A stretch of DNA of 64,000 nt, taken from Macrostomum lignano (taxonomy: Eukaryota). A program made the position numbers and the translations under genes. Shown one piece after another: positions 33,104-46,547 of the stretch (within the stretch, counting starts at the first letter, position 1; each line of letters opens with the position of its first letter). The notes beneath the pieces were generated by a model. That model was not told the DNA's origin, did not search any database, and saw only the letters and a program-made list of their open reading frames with translations. The DNA lies in NCBI GenBank assembly GCA_002269645.1, contig NIVC01001470.1, forward strand, positions 1-64,000. Direction: 5' to 3'.

Positions 33104-34861
33104 ATGACGCAGGATGTGGCGACTCAGCCATCGTCGGCTCAGAAGCAGCCAGCTCGGCGGCGAGCCCGTCAGATGAGGGGCTATCATGGCGCTCGTACTG
33201 ACGCTGCCATTCCGCTGACCTTCAAAGATCCCGACCCGGAGTCTCCACCGCCTCCGAATCAGTCTGCTGCTGCCGCGCAGCCGCAAGCTGCTGCAGCAGT
33301 CAGCCGACACTGTCGAAAGAGTCAACTGGAGCAGTTGCGAAGCGACCTCGAGAAGCTGGGCCAGCAGCTGGCCTCACTGCGCGGCGGTGGAGCGGGCCCA
33401 GCGCAACCAGATCCAGCGAAGCAGCCTGAGAAGTCGCCGCTGAAGCTCCAGGCACCGAAGAAACCATCGCCGCCACCGTCGCCACCGAAGCAAACATCGC
33501 CAACGCCCCCACCGCCGCAGTCATCCCCGCCTTCGTGGAGGCGAAGGATGGTGGCAGCGGCAACGACAGCAACAGCTGCAGACAAGGAGACCAAAGAAAC
33601 TTCTAAAACTGAGACAACACTCAGAATGGAAATGGCGTTGAACAACCACCAGTGGTTGAGGAGGCGACTTCGACGCGAGTGGAACGGAGGAGGCCCCGGC
33701 GTCGCCGGTCCCTAAACGAGGACGAGTCAGCACCACACGGAGCCCGCAGAGCCGGCGGAGCTCGGAGGCGAACCCGCCGTGGCGCTGGCCTCCTGTGCAA
33801 GGAGAAATCACCTTATCGAGATGACTCAGACGGCCATCTGATCTATGCGTTCGGCGACGTACTAAAAGATCGCTACCGGATCGCTCGCACACTTGGCGAG
33901 GGAACCTTTGGCAAGGTGACGGAGTGCATTGATATGCAAGACCTCTGCCAGACTCGCGTTGCGGTGAAGATTGTGAAGAATGTTACTAAGTACCGTGAAG
34001 CAGCCATGCTTGAGATCAACGTTCTCAAGAAACTTGAGGAAAACGACCCTAACGGAAGGCATCTGTGCATCCGACTACTGAGTTGGTTCGACTTCTTTGG
34101 CCACGCTTGTCTTGTGTTTGACTTGCTTGGCAAGTCAGTGTTTGATTTTTTGAAGGAGAACGACTTTGCTCCCTACCCAATTGAGCATGTGCGACACATA
34201 GCCTACCAGCTGGTGTACTCAGTGGCTTTTCTGCACGCCAATCAGCTCACCCACACCGACCTCAAGCCTGAGAACATCCTGCTGGTGAAGTCCAGCTACA
34301 CGACTTTCTACAATCCGCGCCGCAAAAGGAAGAGCGAATGCTTGACCGCACCGACATCCGACTGATTGATTTCGGTTCGGCAACCTTTGACCACGAGCAT
34401 CATTCGAGCGTGGTATCGACCCGTCACTATCGCGCACCGGAGGTCATCCTGGATCTTGGCTGGGCGCAACCGTGTGACGTCTGGTCCATCGCTGCATTCT
34501 GTTTGAGCTGTACACCGGCTTCACCCTGTTCCAGACGCACGAAGATCGCGAGCACCTGGCCATGATGGAGCGAGTGCTCGGCCATGTGCCCTACAGAATG
34601 ACTCGAGCCTCGCGAGCCGGCCTCTTCCGGCATGGCAGGCTCGATTTCGACCATCACGGAGTTGAAGGCCGATTTGTGCGCGAGAACTGCCGCCCGCTGC
34701 ATAGATACCTGCGAGACGAGACGGTCGATTCGCGCAACCTCCTGGATCTGATGCAGCGGATGCTGGAATTCGAGCCGGAGGAAAGGACGACGCTCAAAGT
34801 TGCGCTGCATCATCCGTTTTTCGCCTCGATACCGCCGGAATCAGTTCTGCACTCGGGCTAG
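33104..34861 (+). CDS. CLK: LAMMER/CLK (Doa-like) dual-specificity kinase; start uncertain; three apparent 1-nt frameshifts (~33610, ~34328, ~34492)
   Basis: [49 protein letters not shown] and [11 protein letters not shown] motifs lie across three frames with no intron in the kinase domain. Confidence 0.9.
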
Positions 34862-36320
34862 GCTGCGGCCTGGCAGCTCTCTTTTGAAAGCAAAAGCATG
34901 TACACGTGTTATAATCAAAGGATATAGTAATTTATGCTTATAGTACCGAACTGCGCAAATACTTAGACAATGCTTTTATGTACATAGCCGCATCAGCAGT
35001 AGAAAAAAGATTTCTGTAATTGTTCTTGCATGCTTCAGGGGTTTTGCTTTGCCTTGCTTTACAGTATTATTGCAGACATCAAGGGAGCGATCGTTTGTCA
35101 AGTTTTTGTGGCCCTCAGCTTCTGCAGAACTTACGTTTCTGAATAACTCTGCTATATTCTTTCACACACAGCATGGCTCGTTACCGCACCATCTACTTTA
35201 ACTGCCAAAAAGCTTTTTTAAAACACAAAAAAACTTTTGCCATGCGGTGATTTTTAAGCGCAGACACCTGACGCTTTGGACGTCACGCACCTGCCCAGAC
35301 ACAATCGGAAATAACGGCATAGATTGGAATCTTCTGATAGATCTCGTTGCAAAACTTACCTTCCTGTAGACAGCTTTAACTACCGAAAACTTTACCTCCA
35401 GTTTTTGCTATTGCCAGCAATCCGACTGCATATTTATATTGCGTCTGTTTTGCCAAAGGTACGTATCCATCAGGCATCTCTCCTGGCGTCCTCCGCATAC
35501 TTCAAAAATACCTCAAAAGTGAGCACGAATAACTTGCACAAACATTTCTTGAGCAGCTTGAAAGTCAAAGAAAAACTTTGGCTTAGAAAGAACTCAGCTA
35601 AAAATAAGCTCTGCGCGCATTAGCCTTTTCGTTGCTACCCGAAATAACTTTTGCGTATATTTTCTGAATCTGTGCATTACGCAACTACTGAATGCCATAT
35701 GCGGTCCGTACTCGTACTTGCTCAATTGTATGAGGCGGTCGTTTCTATCTGCTGTACGCTGCAAATTGGTACGAAAAGTGGAACTTTGCTAGTTCAACCC
35801 TGACAGTTTAATAATTCTTGTCTTGTCTCACCCTCTCTGCCTTGGCCTGTGCAGAGCTGCTCAGCTGAAACCAACCGTGAATATTTACTCACCGATACTA
35901 ACCTACTGTTAGTAGAGCTGCTTGTTGATTACTTAAAAAGACGATTTTACTGCTCGAAACTTGAATAACATTGAAAAATGAAACGCGTTTATTTATGAAG
36001 AGCTTTAAGTTTCTAGTTTTGCAATTTTACAGGAACAGAAAGCTTGAATAAAGTTTTTCTTGTACTAAAGCAATTAAAATAGCAAAAATGATCGAGCTTT
36101 TGTACTTTTATAGTAGCCAATTCCGTCTACAGTTGACTGCCAAGCGATCGGGTGCGCGCGGAACTCCACATGAGTTCAACAAGCATTCAACTCTATTGTT
36201 AGAGATGTCAAATCTAAAAGTAACACTCTGACAAGGTCAATCTCGTGTCCCCTCCTCACGGCACAATACATGCTCATGCTTCCCCACGGCACGGTACAAA
36301 CAATGCAGTGTTTTCCATTG

Positions 36321-36788
36321 TCACGCGTCTCCTTCCTTAGCTACGGGTTTCTCCTTCCCAGGGAACTCGAGCGTCCTCGGTTGCCAGGCCAAGCAGATGG
36401 ACAGCAACCTCTCTGGCGGCTTGCGCAACATCGGGCCCACGAGTGGCCGGAGGTTGTCCCATTTTGGCACCGACCGGTGCCCCATCCTGTCAAGCATCGC
36501 GAAGTCCTCTCTGGCCGTCACCCAGAAGCCTCTGTGCATCAGGGCGCCCTGCACGATGGCTTTGTCAGCGTTCAGACGGGCTAGGAAGCGTCTGTCCTCG
36601 CCTAAAATCCATGCGAGCAGCCAGGCGCGCCGCTCTTTCCGCAGGCTGAGCTCGAACAGCTGGGTCAGGCACCTGGCGAAGTCGCCGCGTCGAAACACGG
36701 CCAGCTGGAGGAGATAGCGATTGCTGGAGCTCATCCCGCTGCCTGACATCAGGCTGTTAGACTTGTCCGATGACACCGCCGAGCTCAC
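36321..36788 (-). CDS. Hypothetical protein, 155 aa
   Basis: ATG-started, GC-rich ORF in AT-richer flanks; no recognised motif. Confidence 0.35.
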   Translation of the reverse strand: MSSAVSSDKSNSLMSGSGMSSSNRYLLQLAVFRRGDFARCLTQLFELSLRKERRAWLLAWILGEDRRFLARLNADKAIVQGALMHRGFWVTAREDFAMLDRMGHRSVPKWDNLRPLVGPMLRKPPERLLSICLAWQPRTLEFPGKEKPVAKEGDA

Positions 36789-38175
36789 AATCTGAATTGA
36801 CGATCCAATGCAAATAGTGTGCTAGATAGCGCGATGCTATCGTGTAAATGGAGTGACGATGGAGTGAAAAGCTAAATTGACGCGTGAAAAGCTGTCACAG
36901 GGCACAGTAACTCACAGTGCATGATCTAGTATCACGAGCATGCAAAAGTGCCGTCACTTGTCGAGGCATCTTGGTCACCAACCTGGTACAAAGCTTGTAT
37001 TGTTGGTTAGGATGCCAAGATGAGAGTGACGGCACTTTTGCATGTTCGTAGTACTGTTGCTGAATAACACCGGATAAAGCTAGTTCACGCGCCTTCAAAT
37101 GAGGTAAAATTTTCTGATGCGACTCTGATATGATTTTTCGTTTCTTGGTGGCACATGAGTCGTGTGATTTGATGGCTCAATCGATCGGGGTTTTGAAAGA
37201 GCCTTTACGAGCGTAGTTTATTATTAGAGGCAGGCGGCTGTGTGCACCCTGGCGCACTTTAAGCGACATTGTCGCACAACCGGCGAGAGGCATTGCCGAC
37301 TCAGGGGAGTCGGCGGAAGGCACACAAGCGCGTGGATACGTACGCAGTCACATACACAGACACACACTCACAGGCATGTACACTTCACTGTGCCCTGGGG
37401 GTTAGCCCTCAATGGCATTAACTGCACGAGCAGACCCAAGCCGAGATTCAAATTTAGCCTCAAATTAATGTGACTGCACTTGGAATCGAGCCTGGGCCGC
37501 TGGCACATCAGCGCCGCGCTAGACCACTGGTCAACGGCCCCCCAAGAGCAGTTAGTCTGACATATTTAGTCGGTTAGTTTGTCCTCAGGGAGGGTCGATG
37601 GCACTTTTTTGACACTGTCGCCAGTCAAAGCGACTGAAGATTTTGTGATCGGTAGTGACGTTTCCTTACAAAAAAATCGAACGAAAGACTTGCCCTCAAT
37701 GAATCGAAAGCCGGCTCAAATTGTTCGGTCTCGGAGCACTTGATGAAGATTTTGCAGCGATTCTTTTCCAAGAAATCGCCTAGACGAACCGGTTCCGCTT
37801 CAGCCTCCATGGCTAGCCAGCGTGAGGGGCGTGGCACTGGGATGAGGAGGCAGTCAGCCTAGTGAATCTCACTGCTGCAACGCTACATATTGAGCTTTGC
37901 GTAGGGCCAACCTATGATTACGCAAGTCCTTTAGTCTGTGGCAAATCTAAAACAAGAAGTTGTTGTTTCCCTGACTACTTTTGAATCAGATTGCACTGCA
38001 GTTGTCACCGAGAATACGAATGGTCTCAAGCGTAGCCTTTATTGTGCTAGTGTCTGCTAAAAAACCACAGTGCACTAGATATAATGGGTGTCTCAATAAA
38101 AAAAGAACCTCTGATCGGATAAGTTTTCATTGAGCTTCGCAACTCATGAAAAATAGTCATTGTCTACCTCAAAAA

Positions 38176-38405
38176 CCATAGGCACAATCTACCATTGTCC
38201 GACTCCAAGACCATAGGCACAATCTACCATTGCCTGACTCCAAGACCATAGACAAAATCTACCATTACCTGACTCCAAGACCATAGACACAATCTACCAT
38301 TGCCTGACTGAAAAGACCATAGGCGCAATCTACCATTGTCCGACTCCAAGACCATAGACACAATCTACCATTGCCTGACTCCAGAACCATAGAAACAATC
38401 TAACA
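38176..38405 (+). repeat. 35-bp tandem repeat (CCATAGGCACAATCTACCATTGTCCGACTCCAAGA)n, about 6.5 copies
   Basis: Period 35 (38176, 38211, ...); no spacers. Confidence 0.93.
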
Positions 38406-39262
38406 TTGTTACAGCAGCCCTGAGCCGACCTTATAAAGACAGCGTTTGCAATCTTCAACGTTAGGATGTGCCATAGACAAAATCACTGCATGTTGCATAT
38501 AGTAAGCCCGACTCCTGTTTAATCAGGTATCAATTGAAGCTTAAACTTTGCAGAAAAAAACTTACAAGCGTTAACAACTGAACTGTTGACTTTGGAACTT
38601 ATCTGATGAGAGGGACTGTCACGATATACATTTATTTCGGCACCTTTTTATTTGAGAAACCCAGTGTACTATGTCTCGTTGCGTGCTTTATGATGCAGAG
38701 CAGCCTCAGCAAGTGCCTCTCTTGTTTGTATCCAGCTACTAAAAGTTGCTACTTCGATTTCCGCGGCTGATCCAAGTCAGAAAATCTGCCAGTTTCGCTA
38801 GAAGCTGAGCCCCATCAATGCGGACTTCCATTGGATGCGGTTGCCCTTTAGAAAAGCCTTTGCTAGCAAAAAATTGATTGATTGATTTCATATTTAATCT
38901 TGAGTTCGTCTCAATCGATTGGACTCTAAATAATAAAATACTATTGGCAATCTTTTCGAATCAAAATACTGCTAGAGAAGTCCCTGCCCTGCTGTGAGCA
39001 CTGCTCAATCCAGACTTGACCTAATTAATCCCATCTCTCAGGCCTGGGGATTCGGTTTGGGGCAGCGTTTTAAGAATAAATGAGAATGGGGGCTGGTCAG
39101 AAACCTTTAGCCGGAGTGAATCTGAGGTAATTTTTGGCCTAACAAGAGGCTTCTCACATCCCACGAGCATTTAGAGCATTCAAAGTTAAATTTGAGCGAA
39201 ATTGTTGAGTATGCGCTTAAAAAGCAACTTTACGTCTGATAAGATCATCCATGTACTTACCG

Positions 39263-39519
39263 CAGGGGTCGGCAAACTCCTGCCCGAGGTGCCACATGCG
39301 GCCCCGCAAAGCCATCTTTCTCCATCTTGCCCTCGGGTCCTTTGAAACTTTACAATAGAAATCCGGACCGCTCAAGGTTTGTGTCTCTTCTCATCTGCCT
39401 TCTCTCGAATCTCCTCTCCTCTCTTCTCTTTTCTCTACTCTCCTCTCTCCCCTCCTCTGGCACGCGGCTATGCTCTGGGTTCTCTATCTGGCCCTTGGAG
39501 TAAAAAAGTTTGCCGACCC
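39263..39519. mobile_element. hAT (Charlie-like) MITE, ~257 bp
   Basis: Left end CAGGGGTCGGCAAACT and right end AGTTTGCCGACCC form a 13-bp perfect inverted match, with GCGGCCC subterminal motif. Outer 3 bp of the right TIR and the TSD are not seen. Confidence 0.65.
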
Positions 39520-39617
39520 AACATGCTCTGGAAGCTCATTTTTCATTTTTCATTTTTCGCTCAAGGTGGCTCGTATAATTTTAAAAATCACTTTAAGAGT
39601 TTTGTAGCCAAATTTAT

Positions 39618-42600
39618 TCAAGCCAGCAGCGTCTGCAGCGAGTCCATGCCGATCAATATGGCCGGATTGCTGCGAAAGTAGGAGCAGAAATCTTCCCAAC
39701 TGATGACGCCGTCCCCGTCGGCGTCCAGCTGGCGGAAAACGGCCTCCGCTCGCTCCTCCACCGTCACCGAAGTCACTGGCGGACGGACTCGATGTCCGAG
39801 AAGGTCGTAAACGGAGCTCACCACTTCGAAGACCTCCCGCCTGTTGATCTCGCCGTCCTTGTTGGTGTCGTACATGTTGAAGATCCACCCGAGGCGTTCT
39901 TCCCGACTGCCTTTCAGCAGGGTGTTGAGGCATAGGGCGAACTGCTCAAAGCTAACGGAGCCCGTGCGGCCCCGATCAAAGCCGCAGAACACGAAATGGG
40001 CGAAAGTGTGCGCATTTCCCAACGGGAAGATCTGCGCCAGGATTTGTTCCAGCACCTCCTCTTGCATCAATCCTAAAGGTGGGAGCATTAGAGTGAGTCG
40101 TAATCGAGTTGAAAAAATCTACACATCTGAATGCTGAACTCAAGCCACAATATTCGTATTTTCTGCCGCAATGTAAATTCCTATCGATCTATCTCTAATT
40201 CGTTCCAGCCAACCCCTAACAACCCCAAGCCCTGTCCCTGCCTGTGCAAACCGGCCAACCTCACTCCACTCCTGCCCCTCCAGCAACCCCAGGCTCTGTC
40301 CCTGCCTGTACAAACTAGCCAACCTCATTCCACTCCTGCCCCTCCAGCAGCCCCAAGCCCTGTCCCTGCCTGTGCAAACCGGCCAACCTCACTCCACTCC
40401 TGCCCCTCCAGCAACCCAGGCTCTGTCCCTGCCTGTACAAACTAGCTAACCTCATTCCACTCCTGCCCCTCCAGCAACCCCAGGCTCTGTCCCTGCCTGT
40501 ACAAACTAGCTAACCTCATTCCACTCCTGCCCCTCCAGCAACCCCAGGCTCTGTCCCTGCCTGTACAAACTAGCTAACCTCATTCCACTCCTGCCCCTCC
40601 AGCAACCCCAAGCCCTGTCCCTGCCTGTACAAACTAGCCAACCTCACTCCACTTCTGCCCCTCCAGCAACCCCAAGCCCTGTCCCTGCCTGTACAAACTA
40701 GCCAAACTCACTCCACTTCTGCCCCTCCAGCAACCCCAAGCCCTGTCCCTGCCTGTACAAACTAGCTAACCTCATTCCACTCCTGCCCCTCCAGCAACCC
40801 CAAGCCCTGTCCCTGCCTGTACAAACTAGCCAACCTCATTCCACTCCTGCCCCTCCAGCAACCCCAGGCTCTTTCTCTGCCTGTACAAACTGGCCAACCT
40901 CACTTCACTTTGGCTAGTAAACATTTTTTTCTTTTATGCCTCATGCTTCACTCATGAGCGTATATGATTGTTTCTCCTATTTGTCTCCCTGCCACAGTAT
41001 CTATGCAGGAAAACTGAACCACTGGTATGAAGAAAAATAAAGAAGTTTCCGTATTTTTTCTTTTGCAATTTGTCTTGAAAGACACTATAGAGATACTGAG
41101 CCGGAGAAGGCAATGCTAGTCAAAGTGGCCAGATTAGAATGCCAATCGTGAGAATAAGAAAATGACTTCAAGGCACTTCAACCAGGGAGCTAAAATAGAA
41201 CCAGGACTGGGAGCTGAAAAAAACACTGGCTGAGCTTTCTCAATGCTGCAGCAGCCACTGAAAAAAAGCAAACTGACAAACTGGCAGTCCCGTCACGAAG
41301 TGCGGAGAGAGATAGGAAATTGGATCCGACACTCTCCCGCTTGGCCTTCTTTGCTACTTCTTAGGCAGCTCCCCTATTCCTTCTTTCTCAGATCCGGTCC
41401 TACCCCCCTCTAAGCTGTCTCTCTCCCAATCCCCCAGCCTATTCCCTGCGCTGCGATCCCAGCAGCACAGTTGCTACGCGACGGCAGATGCGCTCGATCG
41501 AGAAATTTGGAAGGGAATCGAAAGCTTTATAATTTAAGTACCGGATCAAGCAAATGATTTAGCTATAATTACTATTTAGCTATTATTCCCATCATTTTCC
41601 TAAAAGCTTCTATCTGTCATATTTCCAACCAACAATGTCTCTGACTAACGACTAATGATAATTAACTAACCTCATGGCTCCTGACCTCATGGCTCCTGAC
41701 CTCATGGCTCCTGACCTCATGGCTCCTGACCTCATGGCTCCTGACCTCATGGCTCCTGACCTCATGGCTCCTGACCTCATGGCTCCTGACCTCATGGCTC
41801 CTGACCTCATGGCTCCTGACCTCATGGCTCCTGACCTCATGGCTCCTGACCTCATGGCTCCTGACCTCATGGCTCCTGACCTCATGGCTCCTGACCTCAT
41901 GGCTCCTGACCTCATGGCTCCTGACCTCATGGCTCCTGACCTCATGGCTCCTGACCTCATGGCTCCTGACCTCATGGCTCCTGACCTCATGGCTCCTGAC
42001 CTCATGGCTCCTGACCTCATGGCTCCTGACCTCATGGCTCCTGACCTCATGGCTCCTGACCTCATGGCTCCTGACCTCATGGCTCCTGACCTCATGGCTC
42101 CTGACCTCATGGCTCCTGACCTCATGGCTCCTGACCTCATGGCTCCTGACCTCATGGCTCCTGACCTCATGGCTCCTGACCTCATGGCTCCTGACCTCAT
42201 GGCTCCTGACCTCATGGCTCCTGACCTCATGGCTCCTGACCTCATGGCTCCTGACCTCATGGCTCCTGACCTCATGGCTCCTGACCTCATGGCTCCTGAC
42301 CTCATGGCTCCTGACCTCATGGCTCCTGACCTCATGGCTCCTGACCTCATGGCTCCTGACCTCATGGCTCCTGACCTCATGGCTCCTGACCTCATGGCTC
42401 CTGACCTCATGGCTCCTGACCTCATGGCTCCTGACCTCATGGCTCCTGACCTCATGGCTCCTGACCTCATGGCTCCTGACCTCATGGCTCCTGACCTCAT
42501 GGCTCCTGACCTCATGGCTCCTGACCTCATGGCTCCTGACCTCATGGCTCCTGACCTCATGGCTCCTGACCTCATGGCTCCTGACCTCATGGCTCCTGAC

Positions 42601-44461
42601 CTCATGGCTCCTGACCTCATGGCTCCTGACCTCATGGCTCCTGACCTCATGGCTCCTGACCTCATGGCTCCTGACCTCATGGCTCCTGACCTCATGGCTC
42701 CTGACCTCATGGCTCCTGACCTCATGGCTCCTGACCTCATGGCTCCTGACCTCATGGCTCCTGACCTCATGGCTCCTGACCTCATGGCTCCTGACCTCAT
42801 GGCTCCTGACCTCATGGCTCCTGACCTCATGGCTCCTGACCTCATGGCTCCTGACCTCATGGCTCCTGACCTCATGGCTCCTGACCTCATGGCTCCTGAC
42901 CTCATGGCTCCTGACCTCATGGCTCCTGACCTCATGGCTCCTGACCTCATGGCTCCTGGCCTCATGGCTCCTGACCTCATGGCTCCTGACCTCATGGCTC
43001 CTGACCTCATGGCTCCTGACCTCATGGCTCCTGACCTCATGGCTCCTGACCTCATGGCTCCTGACCTCATGGCTCCTGACCTCATGGCTCCTGACCTCAT
43101 GGCTCCTGACCTCATGGCTCCTGACCTCATGGCTCCTGACCTCATGGCTCCTGACCTCATGGCTCCTGACCTCATGGCTCCTGACCTCATGGCTCCTGAC
43201 CTCATGGCTCCTGACCTCATGGCTCCTGACCTCATGGCTCCTGACCTCATGGCTCCTGACCTCATGGCTCCTGACCTCATGGCTCCTGACCTCATGGCTC
43301 CTGACCTCATGGCTCCTGACCTCATGGCTCCTGACCTCATGGCTCCTGACCTCATGGCTCCTGACCTCATGGCTCCTGACCTCATGGCTCCTGACCTCAT
43401 GGCTCCTGACCTCATGGCTCCTGACCTCATGGCTCCTGACCTCATGGCTCCTGACCTCATGGCTCCTGACCTCATGGCTCCTGACCTCATGGCTCCTGAC
43501 CTCATGGCTCCTGACCTCATGGCTCCTGACCTCATGGCTCCTGACCTCATGGCTCCTGACCTCATGGCTCCTGACCTCATGGCTCCTGACCTCATGGCTC
43601 CTGACCTCATGGCTCCTGACCTCATGGCTCCTGACCTCATGGCTCCTGACCTCATCACACAATGACCTCATTACACACTGACCTCATCACACACTGACCT
43701 CATTACACACTGACCTTATCACATAGTGACCTCATCACACAATGACCTCGTCACACAATGACCTCATCACACAATGACCTCATCACACACTGACCTCATT
43801 ACACACTGACCTCATTACACACTGACCTCATTACACACTGACCTCATCACACAGTGACCTCATCACACACTGACCTCATCACACACTGACCTCATCACAC
43901 AGTGACCTCATCACACAGTGACCTTATCACACACTGACCTCATCAAACACTGACCTCATCACACAGTGACCTTATCACACACTGACCTCATCACACAGTG
44001 ACCTCGTCACACAGTAACCTTATAAATCTGATACCTAACTTTGCACTTTTGAAGTCCCAATATCTAACCACATATGATCTAATATATCAACTCCATAATC
44101 CCTGATCATTGACCTTTATCCGATACTGAGACATTCCAACCGTACCGTACGGGCACTCAGACTTGAAGCGCCTGTAGATCGCTTTGAGCTCCTGGCTGGT
44201 GAACCGAGTCCGCTGAACCAGGCTGGCCAGGCTGACCGTCCGCGGCCTCCTGGCGAACAGCGTAAGCTCCAGCTGGCTGGCCTCGTCCGGCAGGTGGCCG
44301 CCAAGCACCGCGGCTGATTTCCGGCGCACCTGGCCGAACAGGCTGGACGGTGCCGATGTGAATCGGCGCAGAAATCGTTGGAGACGGCCGCCGGCGCCCG
44401 CGCTTTCCATTGTTGGCAGCGCGATGGCGCCGGATCGCTGCTGGCGCCGCTGGGCCAACAT
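39618..44461 (-). CDS. KCNIP: KChIP/neuronal calcium sensor family EF-hand protein (exons 44461-44146, 40072-39618)
   Basis: [22 protein letters not shown]|LMQEE...[17 protein letters not shown]-hands [10 protein letters not shown] and [14 protein letters not shown]. Phase-1 GT/AG junction gives 257 codons; the start Met is uncertain. Confidence 0.88.
40206..40905 (+). repeat. ~64-bp minisatellite in the KChIP intron, about 11 copies
   Basis: Period 64 (AGCCCT at 40611 and 40675). Confidence 0.93.
41669..43650 (+). repeat. 15-bp array (CTCATGGCTCCTGAC)n, about 132 near-perfect copies
   Basis: Direct reading; one substitution seen near 42959. Confidence 0.99.
43651..44015 (+). repeat. 16-bp array (TGACCTCATCACACAC)n, degenerate
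   Basis: Period 16; shares TGACCTCAT with the adjoining 15-mer. Confidence 0.93.
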
Positions 44462-44480
44462 GATTGGCTGCCTGCTTTGG

Positions 44481-44776
<296 letters not shown>

Positions 44777-45140
44777 GTAAACACGCGACAGTTATGGGGC
44801 CGCATCAAGTGTTAGAAAACGCACAGCCTTCTCAGCCAATGACGGGTCTCATAGCACATTGGATAAATGCTGCATGCGTGGGCCTCAGTCTTCTCGAACA
44901 TGGAAATAATCTTTTTTCCTGAGCAGCCAATCAAAGCTGTCTTTATGTGTATGTAATCCATTCAAATATTTATTTCTCAGGCCCCCAAATTTCACTGCAT
45001 TCGGAAATTTGATCCCTTTAAAAGGAATTCCAATTCGTCTGACATCCAACTGTCGTCAGATGTCTTCTCTCTGCGTTTTTTCTCCACTATCTTCCCCAGG
45101 GGAATCTCTGCGCTCGGATGTGGATGTGGATCGGCAGTCC

Positions 45141-45985
45141 ATGTCCACAATCCAATATCCAAAATCCATTATCCACAATCCAATATCCACAATCCAATGC
45201 CCACAATCCAATGTCCACAATCCAATATCCACAATCCAATATCCACAATCCAATATCCACAATTCAATGTCCACAATACAATATCCACAATCCAACATCC
45301 ACAATCCAATATCCACATACCAATATCCACAATCTAATATCCACAATCCATTATCCACAATCCAATGTCCACAATCCAATATCCACAATCCAAAATCCAC
45401 AATCCAATGTCCACAATCCAATATCCACAATCCATTATCCACAATCCAATGTCCACAATCCAATGTTCACAATCCAATGTCCACAATCCAATATCCACAA
45501 TCCAATGTCCACAATCCATTATCCAGAATCCAATATGCACAATCCAATATCCACAACCCAATATACACAATCCAAAATGCACAATCCAATGTTTACAATC
45601 CAATATGCACAATCCAATATACACAATCCAATATCCGCAATCCAATGTTCACAATCCAATATCCACAATCCAATATCCACTATCCAATATCCACAATCCA
45701 ATGTCCACAATCCAATATCCACAATCCATTATCCACAATCCAATGTCCACAATCCAATGTTCACAATCCAATGTCCACAATCCAATATCCACAATCCAAT
45801 GTCCACAATCCATTATCCAGAATCCAATATGCACAATCCAATATCCACAACCCAATATCCACAATCCAATGTCCACAATCCATTATCCACAATCCAATAT
45901 CCACAATCCAATGCCCACAATCCAATATCCACAATCCATTATCCACAAACCAATGTCCACAATACAATATCCACAAAACAATATT
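45141..45985 (+). repeat. 7/14-bp degenerate repeat (TCCACAA-TCCAATA)n
   Basis: Direct reading; higher-order block repeated near 45516 and 45811. Confidence 0.95.
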
Positions 45986-46547
45986 AAAAAAACTGCAAAT
46001 AAATGCCACCTTTGATAGTCTACTATGAGTAGCGAATACAGCAATGGAAAATTAGGAGTCTCTAAACAATTACTGCAACCAGACCTGAATAGCATTACGA
46101 GTATAAGAATATCATTTCAAGACAAAATTCCAATTAAAAATTTTCAATTGTTTTAAAGTCTACCGAATTAATAAATGCCAAATGCAAATTTATATGAGAC
46201 CAACTTGATTTGAAAAAGAAAATATTTCTGGATCGCAGTTTTTTAATCTCAAATATATATATATAAATACCTTTCAGGATTTGGAAAGTTCTGAGACTTT
46301 TAGTCCGCTAAATTCTTTGCAACTGCGCGTGTCTCAACGCTGAGTCCTCAGGCCTTTGCGATGCCCGGGCGCTGGGAAGGGAGAGAGGAATGTGAGCTCT
46401 GCAATCTGCCTACTGGATGAGGGGCGGTGGTTAGGGAAGCGAGTACGGAAGGAATCGAGCTGAGGCGTCGCCATGATGAAACGTGTTCAACCCAACTATC
46501 CAGTCTTATCCTTCCTTGTGGCAGTCTGTCTGCTCGGAGACAGAAAC

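Noticed and set aside
41652-43671. Three ~665-aa ORFs (MRSGA, HEVRS, MAPDL repeats)
   Set aside because: They arise from a stop-free 15-bp unit inside the KChIP intron, with no unique coding flanks.
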